Of a stretch of 64,000 bases of DNA, positions 1 through 13,827 are shown in pieces. The stretch covers positions 311,240,001 through 311,304,000 of the forward strand of contig OZ024740.1 in the NCBI GenBank assembly GCA_964016885.1, in the 5' to 3' direction. The stretch's first letter is position 1, and each line of letters opens with the position of its first letter. The position numbers and the translations under genes are program-made. The notes beneath the pieces were generated by a model. The model ran no database searches. It was given only the letters and a program-made list of their open reading frames with translations, and was not told the DNA's origin. This DNA is from Eledone cirrhosa. Its lineage: Eukaryota.

Positions 1-150
1 CGCTTGATTCGTTCGTGTATCTATCTGTGAAGATAGGTAGATAGACTAAAATGTAAGTTTAGAAATGCATGCGGAGAAGGCTTTTCAAGCCCATTCCCTT
101 TCTCTCAATCTACCTCTCTTTCTCGCTTCCTGCTTCTCTTTCTTGATCAG

Positions 151-191
<41 letters not shown>

Positions 192-379
192 GTACATTCA
201 CACAAATATACACACACAGATATATAAACACAAACCGATTGTCGAAATATAGGTGCAAACCAACATACCCAAGCACGCACGCATGTATTACTAGGTGGAT
301 AGCACCTACCCTCTGTCCCTACCTCCCACTACCCTATATGAAATCTTGTACATATAAATTGAAAACATACGTGTATCCG

Positions 380-575
380 TGATTTGGGCACAAGGTCAGC
401 AATTTGAAGTGGGGTCGACTAAATTGAACCCAATTGCATTACTGGTGCTTTATTTATCGACCCCGTAAGGATGAAAGATAAAACTAACCCCGGCTGAATT
501 TGAACTCATACCGTAAAGGGCCGTAGCTATGCTGCAATAGTGTCCGACGCTCTACCGATACTGCCAATCCACTGC
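380..575 (-). mobile_element. tRNA-derived SINE, family 1 (diverged copy)
   Basis: Reverse complement matches the recurring unit GTGGATTGGCAGTATCGGTAGAG (A-box-like)...GAGTTCAAAT (B-box-like)...CTTTCATCCTTACGGGGTCGATAAA...CCTTGTGCC. Confidence 0.85.
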
Positions 576-619
576 GTATCCGTAATAATAAACAGAATCT
601 GTATGTAATTAAATATCCA

Positions 620-1010
620 CTGCTTCAACATTGTTTCAGCATAATTTTGAGCCTGTTAGCCGTGGCATTCACAAAAGTCTATCAAAAAATGATTATAGCT
701 CCCATAAGAGTTTTTATAAATACGTATCCTTAAAACAGTTTCTTCTTGGTCTGGCACTTGTGTATGATGTATTATGTGAATTATCTCTCTTTTCTGAGTC
801 TTCACAGACAAAGGATATTACTATAGTTTATACAGACAAGTTCATCATAACATGATTTTTAGAAGAAATGAAAGAATGCAAGCGTAAAAAAGTAAATTAG
901 AGCCAGAATATATGATTATGAAAATGAAGTTTGCACCAGTGGCACTGACGAGACTGTTTCACTCAATCATAGTCCGTTTTTAATCAGTATTATAAATCTA
1001 GAACAATGGT
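620..1010 (+). pseudogene. decayed hAT transposase fragment (KIAA1586/ZNF862-like)
   Basis: ORF 631..855 reads FLLGLALVYDVLCELSLFSESSQTKDITIVYTDKFI, similar to the FLxxLAxMxDxLxELSxLSxxLQ segment of hAT-derived proteins; stops follow. Confidence 0.55.
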
Positions 1011-1221
1011 TATTAACAGGGAGGAAGGTATCATAAAACTAGAGATCTGACCCAAATGCTTGCCACAGAATTGACTCCTATAAAAACACTGAGAAACGAG
1101 GTGGTGATGTTACCGGGTGACTGATTAAGTCAATCACTCAAGTAAGTTTAACTCTGAACGCTAAGCGCCTGAACAAATACCTCAAGGTATCTGATATGGT
1201 GCTCTAAAAGCTCTGCCATTC

Positions 1222-1370
1222 TATCACCCCGAACTGGTTATTTGTTTTATCGACCCTCGAAAACATGAAAGGTAAAGTTGACGTCAGCAGGATTTGAATT
1301 CAGAGTGCAGAGAACTGGAACTAACGTAGCAAGTCGTGATGCTCTAACAACTCTGTCAGTTCACCGCCTT
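1222..1370 (-). mobile_element. SINE family 1, old copy
   Basis: ttttatcgaccctcgaaaacatgaaaggtaaagttgac...ggatttgaattcag...caccgcct matches the SINE core and head. Confidence 0.7.
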
Positions 1371-1769
1371 TAAACACAAATCAATGAGTAACTAAACGAG
1401 ATATCCATGACCTGAGTGAAATAAAATATGCTTAAATTTACTAAAGGTGAATTTTCGGACAACGTCAGAATTTCTGCCATTTTTTTCTTTATATTGCAAT
1501 TTTCTTCCAAACGTTTGATCTCATTCCTTTCTTGTAGTTTCTATCACCAATAAATGTTAAGAATCAGCATAGAAATTAACCAAGTTATAGTTTCACTTAG
1601 AGCAGCCACACAACATATTCATACATTTCATAGAATATTCTTCTATGTAATATACACAGAGAAATGCAAAACCTCGAGGTTATTAATCTATTTCAAACGA
1701 ATCCATTCGCTTCATTAACAATCCTGTTTACTGACATGGAAATTTTTTAATGAAATGTCTCGCTATAAA

Positions 1770-2480
1770 TTTCTTCATCTGTTTCTTCTTCATTTTCTTC
1801 TATTTTTTCTTGTTCTGCTCCTCCTTCACTACCTCTTTCTACACTCCTTCTCCCATTTCTCTTCCTCCTTCCCCAACACCTTCTCCACCTCCTTCTCCCC
1901 CTCCTTCCCCATCTTCTCCACCCCTTCTCCATTTTTTCTCCACCTCCTTCTTCACTTTCTTCTCCACCCCCTTCTCCTCTTTCTCTTCCTCCTTCCCCAC
2001 CTTCTCCACCCCTTCTCCATCTCCTTCTCTACCTCCTTCTCTACCTCCTTCTCTACCTCCTTCTCCATCTCCTTCCCCACCCTTTCCACCCCTTCTCCAC
2101 CTCCTTTTCTTTCTCCTTCTGCACCTCCTTCTCCTCTTTCTCTGCCTCCTTCACGACCTCCTCCTCTTTCTCTGCCTCCTTCACCGCCTCCTCCTCCACC
2201 CCATTCTCCACTTCCTTCTCTACCCCTTCTCCACCTCCTTCTCCATCACCTTATCCACCTTCTTCTCCATCTCCTTCTCCGCCTCCTTCTTCACTTCCTT
2301 CTCCACATCTTTCTCCACCTCCTCCTCCTCTTTCTTTTCCTCCATCTCAACCTCCTTCTTCACTTCCTTCTCCACTTCCTTCTCCAACTCCTCTCCACCT
2401 CCTCCTCCACCTCTTTCTCCTCCTTCTCTTCCTCCTTCATATCTTATTTCTCTCTTTACTTCTTACTGCTTCTCTTCTCC
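1770..2480. repeat. ~700 bp polypyrimidine/polypurine degenerate (CTT/CCT/CCA) low-complexity tract
   Basis: Almost no G on the + strand; repeated cttctccacctc-type words. Confidence 0.9.
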
Positions 2481-2529
2481 TCACCACCTGTTTATGTTTC
2501 GTCTATTATTGCTATTATTTCACTATTAT

Positions 2530-3643
2530 CTTTATTGCATGCTTTTCCGACTCATCCGAAGTTAGCTTCATGCACCTTAGGAGTGCACCCACCATCCTGA
2601 ACCACCCGACGCTTCGGTGGCACCTGGGGAAGAGCACCTCTCTTCCTCTCAAATTAACCAGCCTACAGGCGCATGCTCAGAGTAGACCTATTCACATGGA
2701 CCATTCTCGCCACATTCACCCACCTTTTAGCAAATGTACTGGGGTGGGGCAGCACTTCTCTCCCCACCTTCACCTTCCTTTCCAAGTGAAACTTTTAAAG
2801 GTTGATAAGGGATTGGCCGAACAGAAAAGTCTCTGTCTTCACTCCTTTCAACCTGGCCCACTACACAACCTATTTCTCTACAGTCAGCCCCCAGACAGAG
2901 GAAAATTGTCTACACTTCCCGGCCAAAACAAGGTGGCGGGACGATCTTCACTATGGACTCGGTCGATATCCAGATCTGTTCTACACGCGGCAACAGCTGT
3001 TCCACAAGTCAGCAATGCACGGGCACTGGACGAGTGCGTTCAGAAGGTATTCATCACTCTGCTCGCATCTCGAGCAGGTCCGTCTGACACCACTTCCGTG
3101 TTTTTAGAGCTTATCTGGAACTGGCAGCCCCACCCCCCTCCGGTTGCACTGCCAACCAATGGTTTTCTGGAAGTTATCCATAGTCCCCTCCTCGTAAGTA
3201 CTCCGGAACAGATTGATTAGTTCGACTTCGTCGATGCCCAGAGCCTCTCCGAGTGCGGCGTCGCACTTCCCCGCCACTAATCCTCTATAGAACTCGAAAG
3301 TGGAAGTTCCACTAAGCGCATTGCCAGCCTGGTAGAGGGCAGTGAGCGCCTGGCAACATTCCAGATGCCATGCACCCAGTCTCGGTCTCTTCTTGACCCA
3401 GGACTGCAGCTCAAAGAGATCAGCTGCGGAAAGACCTGTCCCACAAACGGTGACCACACCTGTTCACCGTTTAAGGAGAATATTTAGAGATGCCGCTGCC
3501 TCAGCGCATGTTTGCGCATCATTAACTACAGCCTGCCCAGCCCTCCACGTAGAGGGTGCTGGCAGCAGATGGACCGCCTTACCAATGGAACCTGTCCCCT
3601 TCCACAAGAAGCTAAAGAGGAGCCGTTCCAATTTGGTCTCGGT
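2530..3643 (-). mobile_element. L1/Tx1-type LINE, 3' fragment (post-RT region plus zf-RVT), frameshifted
   Basis: Minus-strand translation gives KLERLLFSFLWKG/QVPLVRRSICCQHPLRGGLG and LPVPDKL*KHGSGVRRTCSRCEQSDEYLLNALVQCP (decayed C-terminal Zn motif of L1/Tx1 ORF2). Confidence 0.8.
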
Positions 3644-3644
3644 A

Positions 3645-3645
3645 T

Positions 3646-3677
<32 letters not shown>

Positions 3678-3689
3678 TGTATGTATGTA

Positions 3690-3757
<68 letters not shown>
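3645..3757. repeat. (TATG)n(TG)n microsatellite
   Basis: Direct reading. Confidence 0.95.
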
Positions 3758-3758
<1 letters not shown>

Positions 3759-3779
3759 TATGTATGTTGATGTCTATGT

Positions 3780-4520
3780 ATCAAGCATGTGTGCTTACAA
3801 TATTGCCTTATGGACGCATATCCAGTGCCTCAAACGTTTCCACCAATAATGCTTGCACTTTGTCCTGAAAATCTCATGAAGGTGTCATACACCAGACACT
3901 GATATGCTGCAGTGGGCCTGTTTACCAAGCATCGAAACCGCGATAACAAAACTTAGTACGTCTAGAGGACAGCAGATTACCCATACAAGTATTTATAGAA
4001 AACTGTTGCAAGGCAGTGCAAGTCACACATGTGCTTTAAACACTGCTTGAAAGATACCTTGAAAAGATACACTGAAACATAGAGAAATCTTGCAATAGAC
4101 AGAGCCATGTGTCGAAATCTGATTCCTGCCGGTGTTAAGGAATTTGAAAGAAAAGCAGAAGGACTATGCAGAAGTGAAGAGAGCAGCTTCATATAGAGGA
4201 GATGCTAGTCCGCTCTCAGAATAGGGTTCGAAATAGATCCTTGCCTGTGAGGGACACGGAGGTGTATCTATGTCAAAGGTTGGGCTGCTAAACCATAGCA
4301 GACGTCATATTCATGAAAATAACATTTTGGAATACCCCATGCCTTATTTTTCCATGTGACATCTGTGCTAAAGTGTGCCACTCTGCAGGTGGACTAACAT
4401 GCCTCCATAGATCATGCCACGTCAATCAAACTGAAACAAGGAGGAAACTGTATGGTATGACATTTAAGTCACTTTCTAGTTTGATGAGTCATCCAAGGCG
4501 ACATCAACGACAGCAACATT
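3780..4520 (+). mobile_element. RTE-clade LINE 3' fragment, decayed
   Basis: HIQCLKRFHQ*CL...LPSIETAI...RLEDSRLPIQVF...LKDTLK followed by C2H2-like FPCDICAKVCHSAGGLTCLHRSCH, typical of RTE ORF C-termini. Confidence 0.75.
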
Positions 4521-7320
4521 CATAGCATGTTTTTCCAATTTCCTATTTTTATTTTCGTTCTAAGAGTTGACCAAACTCGGCCACGATTTGGCTTCCACTA
4601 TGTATGTATATGTATATTATGACTGGCTATGTGTACTCGAGAAAGAACATACATGAGTATTAAATTAAAAGGTCTGTGTCCTTCGACAATGGCTTTTAAA
4701 ACCACCAAACTCCGATAGTATCTCTTGTTAAACCTTACAACGCTGCTTACGAACACGTCAGTATGTATAGTACTGTGTACTTTAATCCACCAACGGGTCT
4801 GTAAACCTCCCACCATTTACTGCATGTTACGCAATCTATTTTTGCGAACTTTTTATTGTCAACTTTTTGTTTGTGCTATTTTCGTTCGTGAATAGTCAAA
4901 TCAGCCTTGGAACCACCTAGGAGACCACAAATATAGCAGACTAAGTTTAGACGTTTTGTATTTTCGTTCGACTCGATCAAAATCTATCTGGAAAATATGT
5001 GCACCATTCTTTAGCTTGTTCTTCATTGGTGGCAATAAAAAGCATTTCTTTCTCAATTTACTTCACTTAGTTCATATTATTTCATAGAAGACATTCCACC
5101 GTCCTTTAACCATATTCTTGGTTTTGTTGAAGGCACTTTCTGCTTACAAGCTTACCAAACAATAATTCATTTGTACAAGGTTCCCAGTTCAACACAAATG
5201 GTGCTTTTGCATTATTGTCTTAATGCTCAAGATTTTGGCCTATCTCGGAATCTCTGTAACTGAAGTCGATGAGGAATTTTTGACATACAGAAATATATTT
5301 AAAACCATTAATGAAACTTACATGAGGCTTTTAGGAACTCATATCTCACATATGTAAAGAAAGATAGTCAATAGATATAGACGATCTACATAAAGAGTAA
5401 ACACGAGATTCGAGTTTTCTAAAGGAGTCGGCTGCTCTCTGAAGTTTAAGAGGTATTTCGTCATTCAAGAAGCAAAGATGGCTGAGGAGAGATCTTAATA
5501 ATAGTTTACCACGCAATGGAATTTATTTCTTGTTTATTACAAAATATAATATCTCCACTGTTTTCGATATTTAAACCACAGCCCGCCCCATCAAACATCG
5601 TATGACTGACTTACTAGCACTTCATGTGTAGAATTTTAAACGCGAGTCCACAATCCTCAGAATTAAACTTAGAGGTATAGTGAACACTATGGAAATAGAT
5701 AGATAATTCGTAGATGTAGCGATAACATGACCATAATGTAATAATTTTAGTAAAGAACTGAAAGTGCTAGTAAATATTCGTAATTATAAAAAAAAAAGAA
5801 AACGAGCTAGCATCATTTGACCTAAGGCAGTACACATATACATTGAAATAAATATGGATGCTGTATGTATGTATTATTATTATTATTGAATAAATCCCTT
5901 TCTTACTGGGAAGAAAAGCGAGCAACTACTGCGCATCTCTAGCAATTATCAGTAGGTCTAATGATGCAGCTAATATTTTGAGTGCTGAATGGTTATAGTA
6001 CATACATATATGTCTAGGCATATATGCATACATACGCGCACTTGACTACATATGCAACTCACGCGCACATACATACACACACATACAATAATCACACAAA
6101 TATACATATTATTATCTATTTATTGTTACGTGACATGGGTACAATGAAAGGATTTTTTTATTTTTATAAATTAACCGATATATATGTATCTTTCAGTTTA
6201 TGTATCTGTATATCTATGTATTTGTGTAAGTCTATGTGTTTAAGCTAGTGTGTATCAGTATCAATATATTCATGATTTGTTTCTCGCTTTCAATCTTTAT
6301 ATCAGTCTTTCCATCTTAATATCAGTATATATGTTTATCTATCTGGTGTTTTGTCTGCTTTTGACTGTCTATTATTTATCTATTTGTTTATTTGCCTTCC
6401 TATTTTCGTATTAATCTGTTCATGTTTACATATACTTATGTGTGTCTATTCAAGATAACTGAGTAACAACAACAACTGTTTTCTCTCTGTGGGCTGTCTT
6501 TACCAGGGGTTTCCTCAAATAATATAACCTACTGATCGATATATCTATTTCCCTAATGTACCCCACCTGTCAACCAACGTATACTTCTGCCCTTCAAAGA
6601 AATTAACTTGGCTGAAGTTAACACAATCTGATTAATTTCACATTTCCCGTTTTACCGTCGAAATGGTTTAAGCACGACAGTCTGGTATTATATCCTATAA
6701 TAGTGGGGGGGTGGCGTGTGTGCAGTGCATTTTGTTTGAAATTTTCATTCATGTAAATTGTGCAACAATGAACGATCGAGCTTCTTAAGACGGCTAAATA
6801 CTACGAAAACATACCTAAATACGAAGGCCGACATTTTCAACAACTGCTCACGCATGTTTGAGTACATCCTCCATATTTGGAAGAACCCAGTCTAACAACT
6901 GAACAACTGCAAGCCACAACCTGGCACTCCAAACTTATTCCTACTCCTAACTATAAAACTTTCTTTTCTATAATGTTCTAACACACCAAGACTCCCTAAA
7001 AGGAGAAACCTCTCCTACAAAACTCTTCCCTCTATAATATTTATCTAGCACCCAAGAAACCTTTTAGGTTTTAATTTTCCAACCCACATAAAAGATTTCC
7101 CAACCTTAAGTACAAACAAGTTCCATCTATTTTGCACAATACTAATCGAACATCCTCAAGTTCTCTCCCATTCCATAAGAGCTCTCTAAAAGAACTTTAA
7201 TTCTCACATTCATAATAAAAATGGTGAACTGATGAACTGGGAAAAGTAATAACTTCCTCAGAGAAATGCGCATATTCGACAGATGAAAATATATATATAT
7301 ATAATAAGTAGACCTCTCTC

Positions 7321-7362
7321 GGTTTCGATGAGGACTATTCCAATAGTTCAAACAATTGAACT
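7321..7362 (+). ncRNA. degenerate hammerhead ribozyme remnant
   Basis: ggtt-tcgatga-ggactatt-cc-aatagttc-aaac-aatt-g: stem II intact, both core strands mutated. Confidence 0.45.
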
Positions 7363-8140
7363 ACCTACACTTATTTTTTTAATTCGTGACTATTCCATAT
7401 GTACGTGTTTCCTTGACGTAACTCTCAGGAAGAATTGGCGTGACAGAGTATTTTAGCTCTTTGAATTAAAAGTATACCTGTATATGAAAATCTTCCATGT
7501 GGTTTTTGTCGGTCCAATGTCACTCCAAGATGTCGGTTGGTGGGATTTGTCCTAGGACCTTATGAATGCGAAGCAAATGTCTTAATCATTCGGCATACAG
7601 ACGGCAAAACTCTAAAAATAAACAGAAAATCTCGTTCCATGCCTTAAGTATATATTCAAATGAGTTACGTGACATTTATAATACACAAGAGCCCTATTAA
7701 GAAATATCACGATGAAATATGTGTGTAGGCTCAACCGGTGCGAATAACGACAATAAATTATTATATATCAGTTTTTCGTTATTTTACAACCTATCACCAG
7801 AAATATATTGCTGTTTTGGGTGTGCGTAGTATAACAGAGTTATAAAACAGCACGTGTTGTTGCAAAGATTTTGGAAATGCGGGTCTTATAGTGGACCGTC
7901 ATACATACAGAGAACTATAACTAGTGTGTAATGACAACATTAATGAAAGAATGATGTCCATAAATGATTTTATAGGAAACATAAATGTTCGTGTTTTATG
8001 AAGTCTAGTAATTTATGTGTTGTAGAAAGCTGCGTAGTTTAAATCAAATTCATTGATTGCCAAATGTGGTGCCAGTTGATAATGCTTTGGTTAAACAGAA
8101 ACGAAATTAACATACGTGCTATAATCTAGTTAAATATGGA

Positions 8141-8700
8141 TTAGATATACCTCAAGAGAATTACTGTATACACATCTGCGAAAACTCTATTTTTATTCCT
8201 TGTTTTTGCAATAACGTTAAGTCCACTTGAATTTCCTTCTCTGGACATAGCTGCGTAAAGCTGGCCATGGGGAATGCTTTCATTGTTTTGTAGGTAGGTG
8301 CCGATCTTCGAAATTGTTTGTTCATGAGCTTTGTGAATTGTATGACCAAAGGATATTTTCACCAGAAATTGACGCCATTGCCTATGGAATGGCTGTGACT
8401 GATCACGTGTTTGTATATGTATTCTTAGGATAAATCTATATTTTCTTTGTGGTTGTCAGAAGAAATAAATATCACGTTGAAGCTCTTAATAATATATCAT
8501 GTCCTATTGTAATGTCAATTAGCTGCATAAAAACTTAGAAAAGGTAAAATAGGCCCAACTTCCTCGAGTAAAAAAAATCAGTTTTGAACCATTCCACCGA
8601 AACGGAGTTTCGAAATTCTCTGGTGGAGAGATTTGCTTTAATACTATTGATGACCGTGCTATTGATTCGCGGATTTTCGATTTTATCTGGAAAATATTCA
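8141..8700 (-). pseudogene. Helitron RepHel Pif1-helicase C-terminal remnant
   Basis: RQFLVKISFGHTIHKAHEQTISKIGTYL...PHGQLYAAMSR matches the Pif1 motifs QFPVxxAFAxTIxKSQGQT...HGQLYVALSR. Confidence 0.85.
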
Positions 8701-8812
8701 ATCAGAATGTCATTAACACCATCAGAATTTTGAAAAGTACTTCATATTCGCACAGCAAGTCCATATCTATTTTATTGAACTATATATATATATGTATATA
8801 TGTATATATATA

Positions 8813-8878
<66 letters not shown>

Positions 8879-9169
8879 AAATGCCATGAAATAATAGACG
8901 ACAATATACCTATTTTTTCTTCAAAGTCCCGACTGCAATTTCGCCAAATGGATATATATATATGTGTGTATATATATATATATGTGTGTGTGTATATATA
9001 TATATGTTCTTCTTTTTGGTAAATATCATCTTGGTTAAGAGAGTGGGACTGGCTTTGTGCAGTGCCTTTGCTCACTATAAAAGCTTCACGGCACAGGCAT
9101 TGCTTTATATCTGGAGATCTCTCTGCACTTGTCGTCACATGATACCATTTGCCCAGCACTATGTGTCAA

Positions 9170-9311
9170 TAATTGTCACAAGTGTAGTGTCTGTACCAGA
9201 GTTTTCAAGTCGCTGGCTGGACTAAAAAGTCACACTCGTTCAGCGCATCTGTAGGGGTTCTCCTACATGGATATAAAGTAGTGGCCGTACTCGAAAACGA
9301 GTTGGCAGCCA

Positions 9312-9312
<1 letters not shown>
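9170..9312 (+). mobile_element. RTE-like LINE extreme 3' end
   Basis: CSVCTRVFKSLAGLKSHTRSAH* C2H2 finger, then a short 3' UTR with hairpin actcgaaaacgagt ending at (TA)n. Confidence 0.6.
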
Positions 9313-9360
<48 letters not shown>

Positions 9361-9632
9361 CATATACAGTTCAATAAAATAGATATGGACAGTTGAAAAT
9401 TGCAAACTTGACTGTCACCACACATTATGAACCTGAAGATTGCGAAAGCATGAAAGTACTTGTTCAATTAACACTTAACATTTAATATTCTACCATACTA
9501 TTTCAATCTAATACCATTATAAATTTTAAAGGATTGTAAATAAAACGAGTAAATCAGACAAAGTTGGAATTCCTTTTATTAATATAATCTTCTATACACA
9601 ATCATACACACCCGTGTATATTTATCTATCTA

Positions 9633-9738
<106 letters not shown>

Positions 9739-9857
9739 TATATGTATAGTATATTTGGCAATATACTATATGCTTAATTAAAAACATTTTGAAGACCTTG
9801 CGCTATTATTTTAAAGTAGTGACTATGTCACTTCTTTTTTCAACAAACAAAGGGGGA

Positions 9858-9903
9858 TAAACTGACACATCAGTTTCACACTGTTGGTGAACATCAGAGC
9901 TTA
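9858..9903 (-). ncRNA. type I hammerhead ribozyme, core mutated (CUGAUGU)
   Basis: rc: taagct-ctgatgt-t-cac-caaca-gtg-t-gaaac-tgatgt-gtc-agttta. Confidence 0.65.
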
Positions 9904-10035
9904 GCACTCGCCGATGTTTGTTGAAAATTATATTTTTGCTGGACCGGTAATCGCTCTGTATAACCAGTTCCTGATTATTACTGGAATTCTATAAGAATCC
10001 AGCATCTATAATTTTCAACAAACATCGGTGAGTGC

Positions 10036-10081
10036 TAAGCTCTGATGATCACCGACACTGTGAAACAGATCTGTCAGATTA
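10036..10081 (+). ncRNA. type I hammerhead ribozyme with palindromic stem III
   Basis: taagct-CTGATGA-tcaccgacactgt-GAAAC-agatct-GTC-agatta; extended stem I ttttcaacaaa/tttgttgaaaa. Confidence 0.8.
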
Positions 10082-10162
10082 TCTCCCTTTATTTGTTGAA
10101 AAAGGAAGTGACATAGTCACGGTAAAGTTTTCCTTCTCCGCAGCACCTAACATGGCGACTAC

Positions 10163-10888
10163 ATGGCCAAAACCAACGCGGTAAAGATGGGGAATATCGA
10201 CCGTCAACCGCGGCGGCAGAATGACCGTCCATCGGAGCGTGGAGGACCCCTCGGGGACTGGCCTTCCAACAACAACCCGGCCCCCGCAGCGGCCGCCACG
10301 CCAGCGGAAGGCGATACAATCCAACGCCAGGAGGGAACGAGTGGCGGAGGGGAGACCATCGTGCCGGCGGAACAACACCCTGAGAATCGGGAGAGGGCCC
10401 TAGCAGATCGAGGGCCAGGCGTCCGAAGTGAACAAAATAACGAAAGAACATGTAACTGCAGAGCGGGCACCCAGTGCCCCCTGCAGGGAAGATTCCTGAT
10501 GAAGGGCCTGGTATATAAATGTGTGGTTATCACCCACAATATAAAGCGCACCTACATCGGCGCAACATCCACGACCTTTAAATCGCGGATGTATAACCAC
10601 ACGAACTCCTTCAAGGACCGCAGTAAGAGACACTCCACTAGGCTAGCGGACCTGGTGTGGGACTTGAAAGACAAAGGCACCCCGTACACTCTTGACTGGA
10701 GCATCGTTCGGCACGCGAATGCATACTCGGCTGGAAGTAGAAAGTGTAGCCTATGCCTATACGAGGCCATGGAAATAGTCAGACTGAAGGATGATGCGGT
10801 CAACCTGAAATCGGAAATTATCATGACGTGCAGACACCAGAGAAGGTGCACACTCTCCGCATGGAATCCACCGGGAAGCCCAGGCTAA
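10163..10888 (+). CDS. PLE-type GIY-YIG endonuclease ORF (241 aa) with a low-complexity N-terminus and no RT
   Basis: CNC...CPL, GLVY...TYIG, FKSRMYNH, ST.LA..VW.LK, CSLCLYE, NLKSE...CRH; in-frame TAA at 10148-10150 just upstream. Confidence 0.8.
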   Translation: MAKTNAVKMGNIDRQPRRQNDRPSERGGPLGDWPSNNNPAPAAAATPAEGDTIQRQEGTSGGGETIVPAEQHPENRERALADRGPGVRSEQNNERTCNCRAGTQCPLQGRFLMKGLVYKCVVITHNIKRTYIGATSTTFKSRMYNHTNSFKDRSKRHSTRLADLVWDLKDKGTPYTLDWSIVRHANAYSAGSRKCSLCLYEAMEIVRLKDDAVNLKSEIIMTCRHQRRCTLSAWNPPGSPG

Positions 10889-11676
10889 GGGCATGCGGCG
10901 GAGCACGCGCCGACCAGAGCGACAAAACGGATTCAAGGGATCAGTCACAATATCCTGACGACAATATATGTCCCGTGGGATAAACCAAAATAACCCAAGA
11001 TGCATACCCGACTCTGCAGGTCACCCTAGGCAAGAACATCGCCTGAGCCGGGACAGGTTGACCCGGATTACACGGTCTTTCAGTCAAATACCTTACACCT
11101 CTAGAACAACATACCTCACCCACAGTGACATACTCCAATATGGCCGGGCTACGCACCCCCATACATGTGTGTCTTTTCAATCGAGAATAGATACTCTCCA
11201 CGTGTTCCAACACATTATTTGTTTCGTATACAGGCCCAAGTGTACATCTCATACTCCCCATATGTACTATATCATACGCACACACGTCCCTTCTTTCTTT
11301 TCTTATATATCTCTGTGACGTTATATGTATATTTTAACATATTGTATATTTATTTTATTTTTTATATGTGTGTATATATGTATGCGTATGTGTATATATG
11401 TATGTGTATATATGTATGCGTATGTGTGAGTATGTAGGTATATATATATATATATATGTATATGTTATGTGAATGTGTAGGGATGTATGTATATGATTAT
11501 ACTGTTTATATTTGTGCATGTTTAGCACAAGATACGTTTTTTAATGTATGACGTTAAATGTATATTTTATTATATTGTAGGTTTTTTTATAGATATGTAT
11601 GTGTGTGTATGTACATATATATATGTGTGTGTGTGAGTATGTGTGTGTGTATATATATATACATTTATTTATTTTT

Positions 11677-11707
<31 letters not shown>

Positions 11708-12317
11708 TATGTGTGAATGTAAACATGAATGTTACATTGTTTATATTTGTGCAAGTGTATAACAAGATGCATCCTTTCATGGATGACCCTGTATGACCCA
11801 TTGTGTAGATTTATGTGACTCTGTGAGTATGTCATATTTGAGTACGGACAGATATATGTATGTATGTATGTATCTTTGAAGATGTGCGTGGGCATGTAGG
11901 TATTAGGCGCGTATTTGTTTGAGTGTATATGAGCCTCTGTGTGTGTGTGTACGTGCACCTACTGTAGGGTAAGGGCTTGTTTGTGTGTATATTTATGTGT
12001 GTGTACATATACATATATATGTGTGTGTTTGGGAGCGAGTCTGTCTTTGTGCCTGTATATACAGACACGTGTGTGTATGTGCGTGTGTGTGTCTATGTAT
12101 ATGTCTGTGCGTGTTTGTGTATACGAGTAGATATACGCGTATGCATGTGTGTGCGCATATATGCGTGTGCGTGTGTGTGTGTGTGCGTGCGCATGTGTGT
12201 GAGAGCTGATGTACGTGGGCATGTAGGCAGGCGTCTGTGGACGCGTATGTTGTTATTTATATGGTTGTGTGCGTGTGTGTGTGTATGTGAGTGTATATAT
12301 ATATATATATATACATA

Positions 12318-12599
12318 TATATTGAAAAAATAACAAGGACGATTGGTTACTCCTTCATTACATTTATTGGTAGGTGACGCGCGTTTCGCCACTGATCAGC
12401 TCAAGGTTCGATCTGTATCGATCTTACCCGACTCTGTAATCCGCACTACCAATAAATGAAATGAAGGAGTAACCAATCGTCCTTGTTATCTTTTCAATAT
12501 AATACACTCTGTATAGCTCTACACCTCGACACAGAAGTGAACCTAAACATCGAGTGCTCACCCGGATGAACCTACAGTAACTCCAAGTTACACTCCTAG

Positions 12600-12600
<1 letters not shown>
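12318..12600. mobile_element. PLE-like pLTR fragment with inverted duplication and partial HHR (minus strand ~12374-12405)
   Basis: Arms aaggacgattggttactccttcatt / aatgaaggagtaaccaatcgtcctt; rc reads tga-gctgatcagtggc-GAAAC-gcgc-GTC; bounded by (TA)n on both sides. Confidence 0.65.
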
Positions 12601-12665
<65 letters not shown>

Positions 12666-12899
12666 GTGTATGTGAGTGCGCGAGTGGACTTGTGAAATAC
12701 AAAACCCAGCATGGATTCATTGAAGTGTGTCAGGCGGAGGGACAGCTGATGGCCAGTGTGACAGCAACTATTGGCCAGAATTTATGATGACGTAGAAAAA
12801 CAACAGCCAACATCAGAGCAAGCGAGGAAGATGTTTTTTGACGCTAACACCCCAGTGAGAAAATTTGATCCGAAATTATTGCAAGTGTCCGACGAACCT

Positions 12900-13040
12900 G
12901 CAGGTCCAGAATAACACACAATAAATTGAGTTCAGATGCATCACTGATTTTTCGTTTTACATTATATCACACTCTGCTCTGTAAGAACATAGAGTGCTTA
13001 ACCGGCATACCGCCTATGGAAGCATCATAGCTACCATCAG

Positions 13041-13042
<2 letters not shown>
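12900..13042 (+). repeat. dispersed element tail, second copy at 43790-43940 (minus)
   Basis: gatgcatcactgatt...catagagtgctNaaccgNcataccgcctatgga shared by both copies; both end in microsatellite. Confidence 0.8.
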
Positions 13043-13118
<76 letters not shown>

Positions 13119-13712
13119 AAGGTATATATTGAGTTAGGAACTCAAAATAGTCTCTTACAATAATATATATATATATATATATTGATTTATTTATTTATTT
13201 ATATCAGTGCGCGTATGTAATTTATATAAGTGTGTGTGTGTAATTTATATTTTCAAATCTATGTGTCTGTCCGTCTCTTTTATGTTTTCTTCTCGTTCTA
13301 TACCTTTCATCATCGTTTCGTTTTCTCTAATGGCCTGACAAATGTGAACTAGTAGACTGAGCTATATATTGATTCGTCAATGATTGAGTGGCACGAAAAA
13401 AAAATGATTGTATCGTAATCAAATGTACAGTAACTCTTCGGCGGATATGAGTTCTTTCCTTACTTGATGTTGGCATATGCTGCAATCGTTTCTTCCTGGG
13501 TTGTGGCTACCAAATAAATTAGTAGCATAAAGTCTATAGTGTACTACATACTTAATCGTACCAACTGATAAACCTTTCGTACTAGAGACCTTTCTATAGG
13601 GACCTTAGTCTATACGGTATCAAAGGCATAATACAATATATATATATATGTGCGTGTGTGTGTATGTGTGTGTGTGTGTGTGAACGTGTGTGTGTCTCTC
13701 TCTCTATCTCTA

Positions 13713-13827
<115 letters not shown>

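Noticed and set aside
1750-2600. Long ORFs of 271 and 281 aa
   Set aside because: Open only because the CT-rich tract lacks stop codons; no domain signal.
11006-12435. Shared 12-mer tacccgactctg suggesting that 12318-12600 is the 3' pLTR of the EN-only ORF
   Set aside because: Match is too short and its flanks do not align; the 3' boundary of that element remains undetermined.
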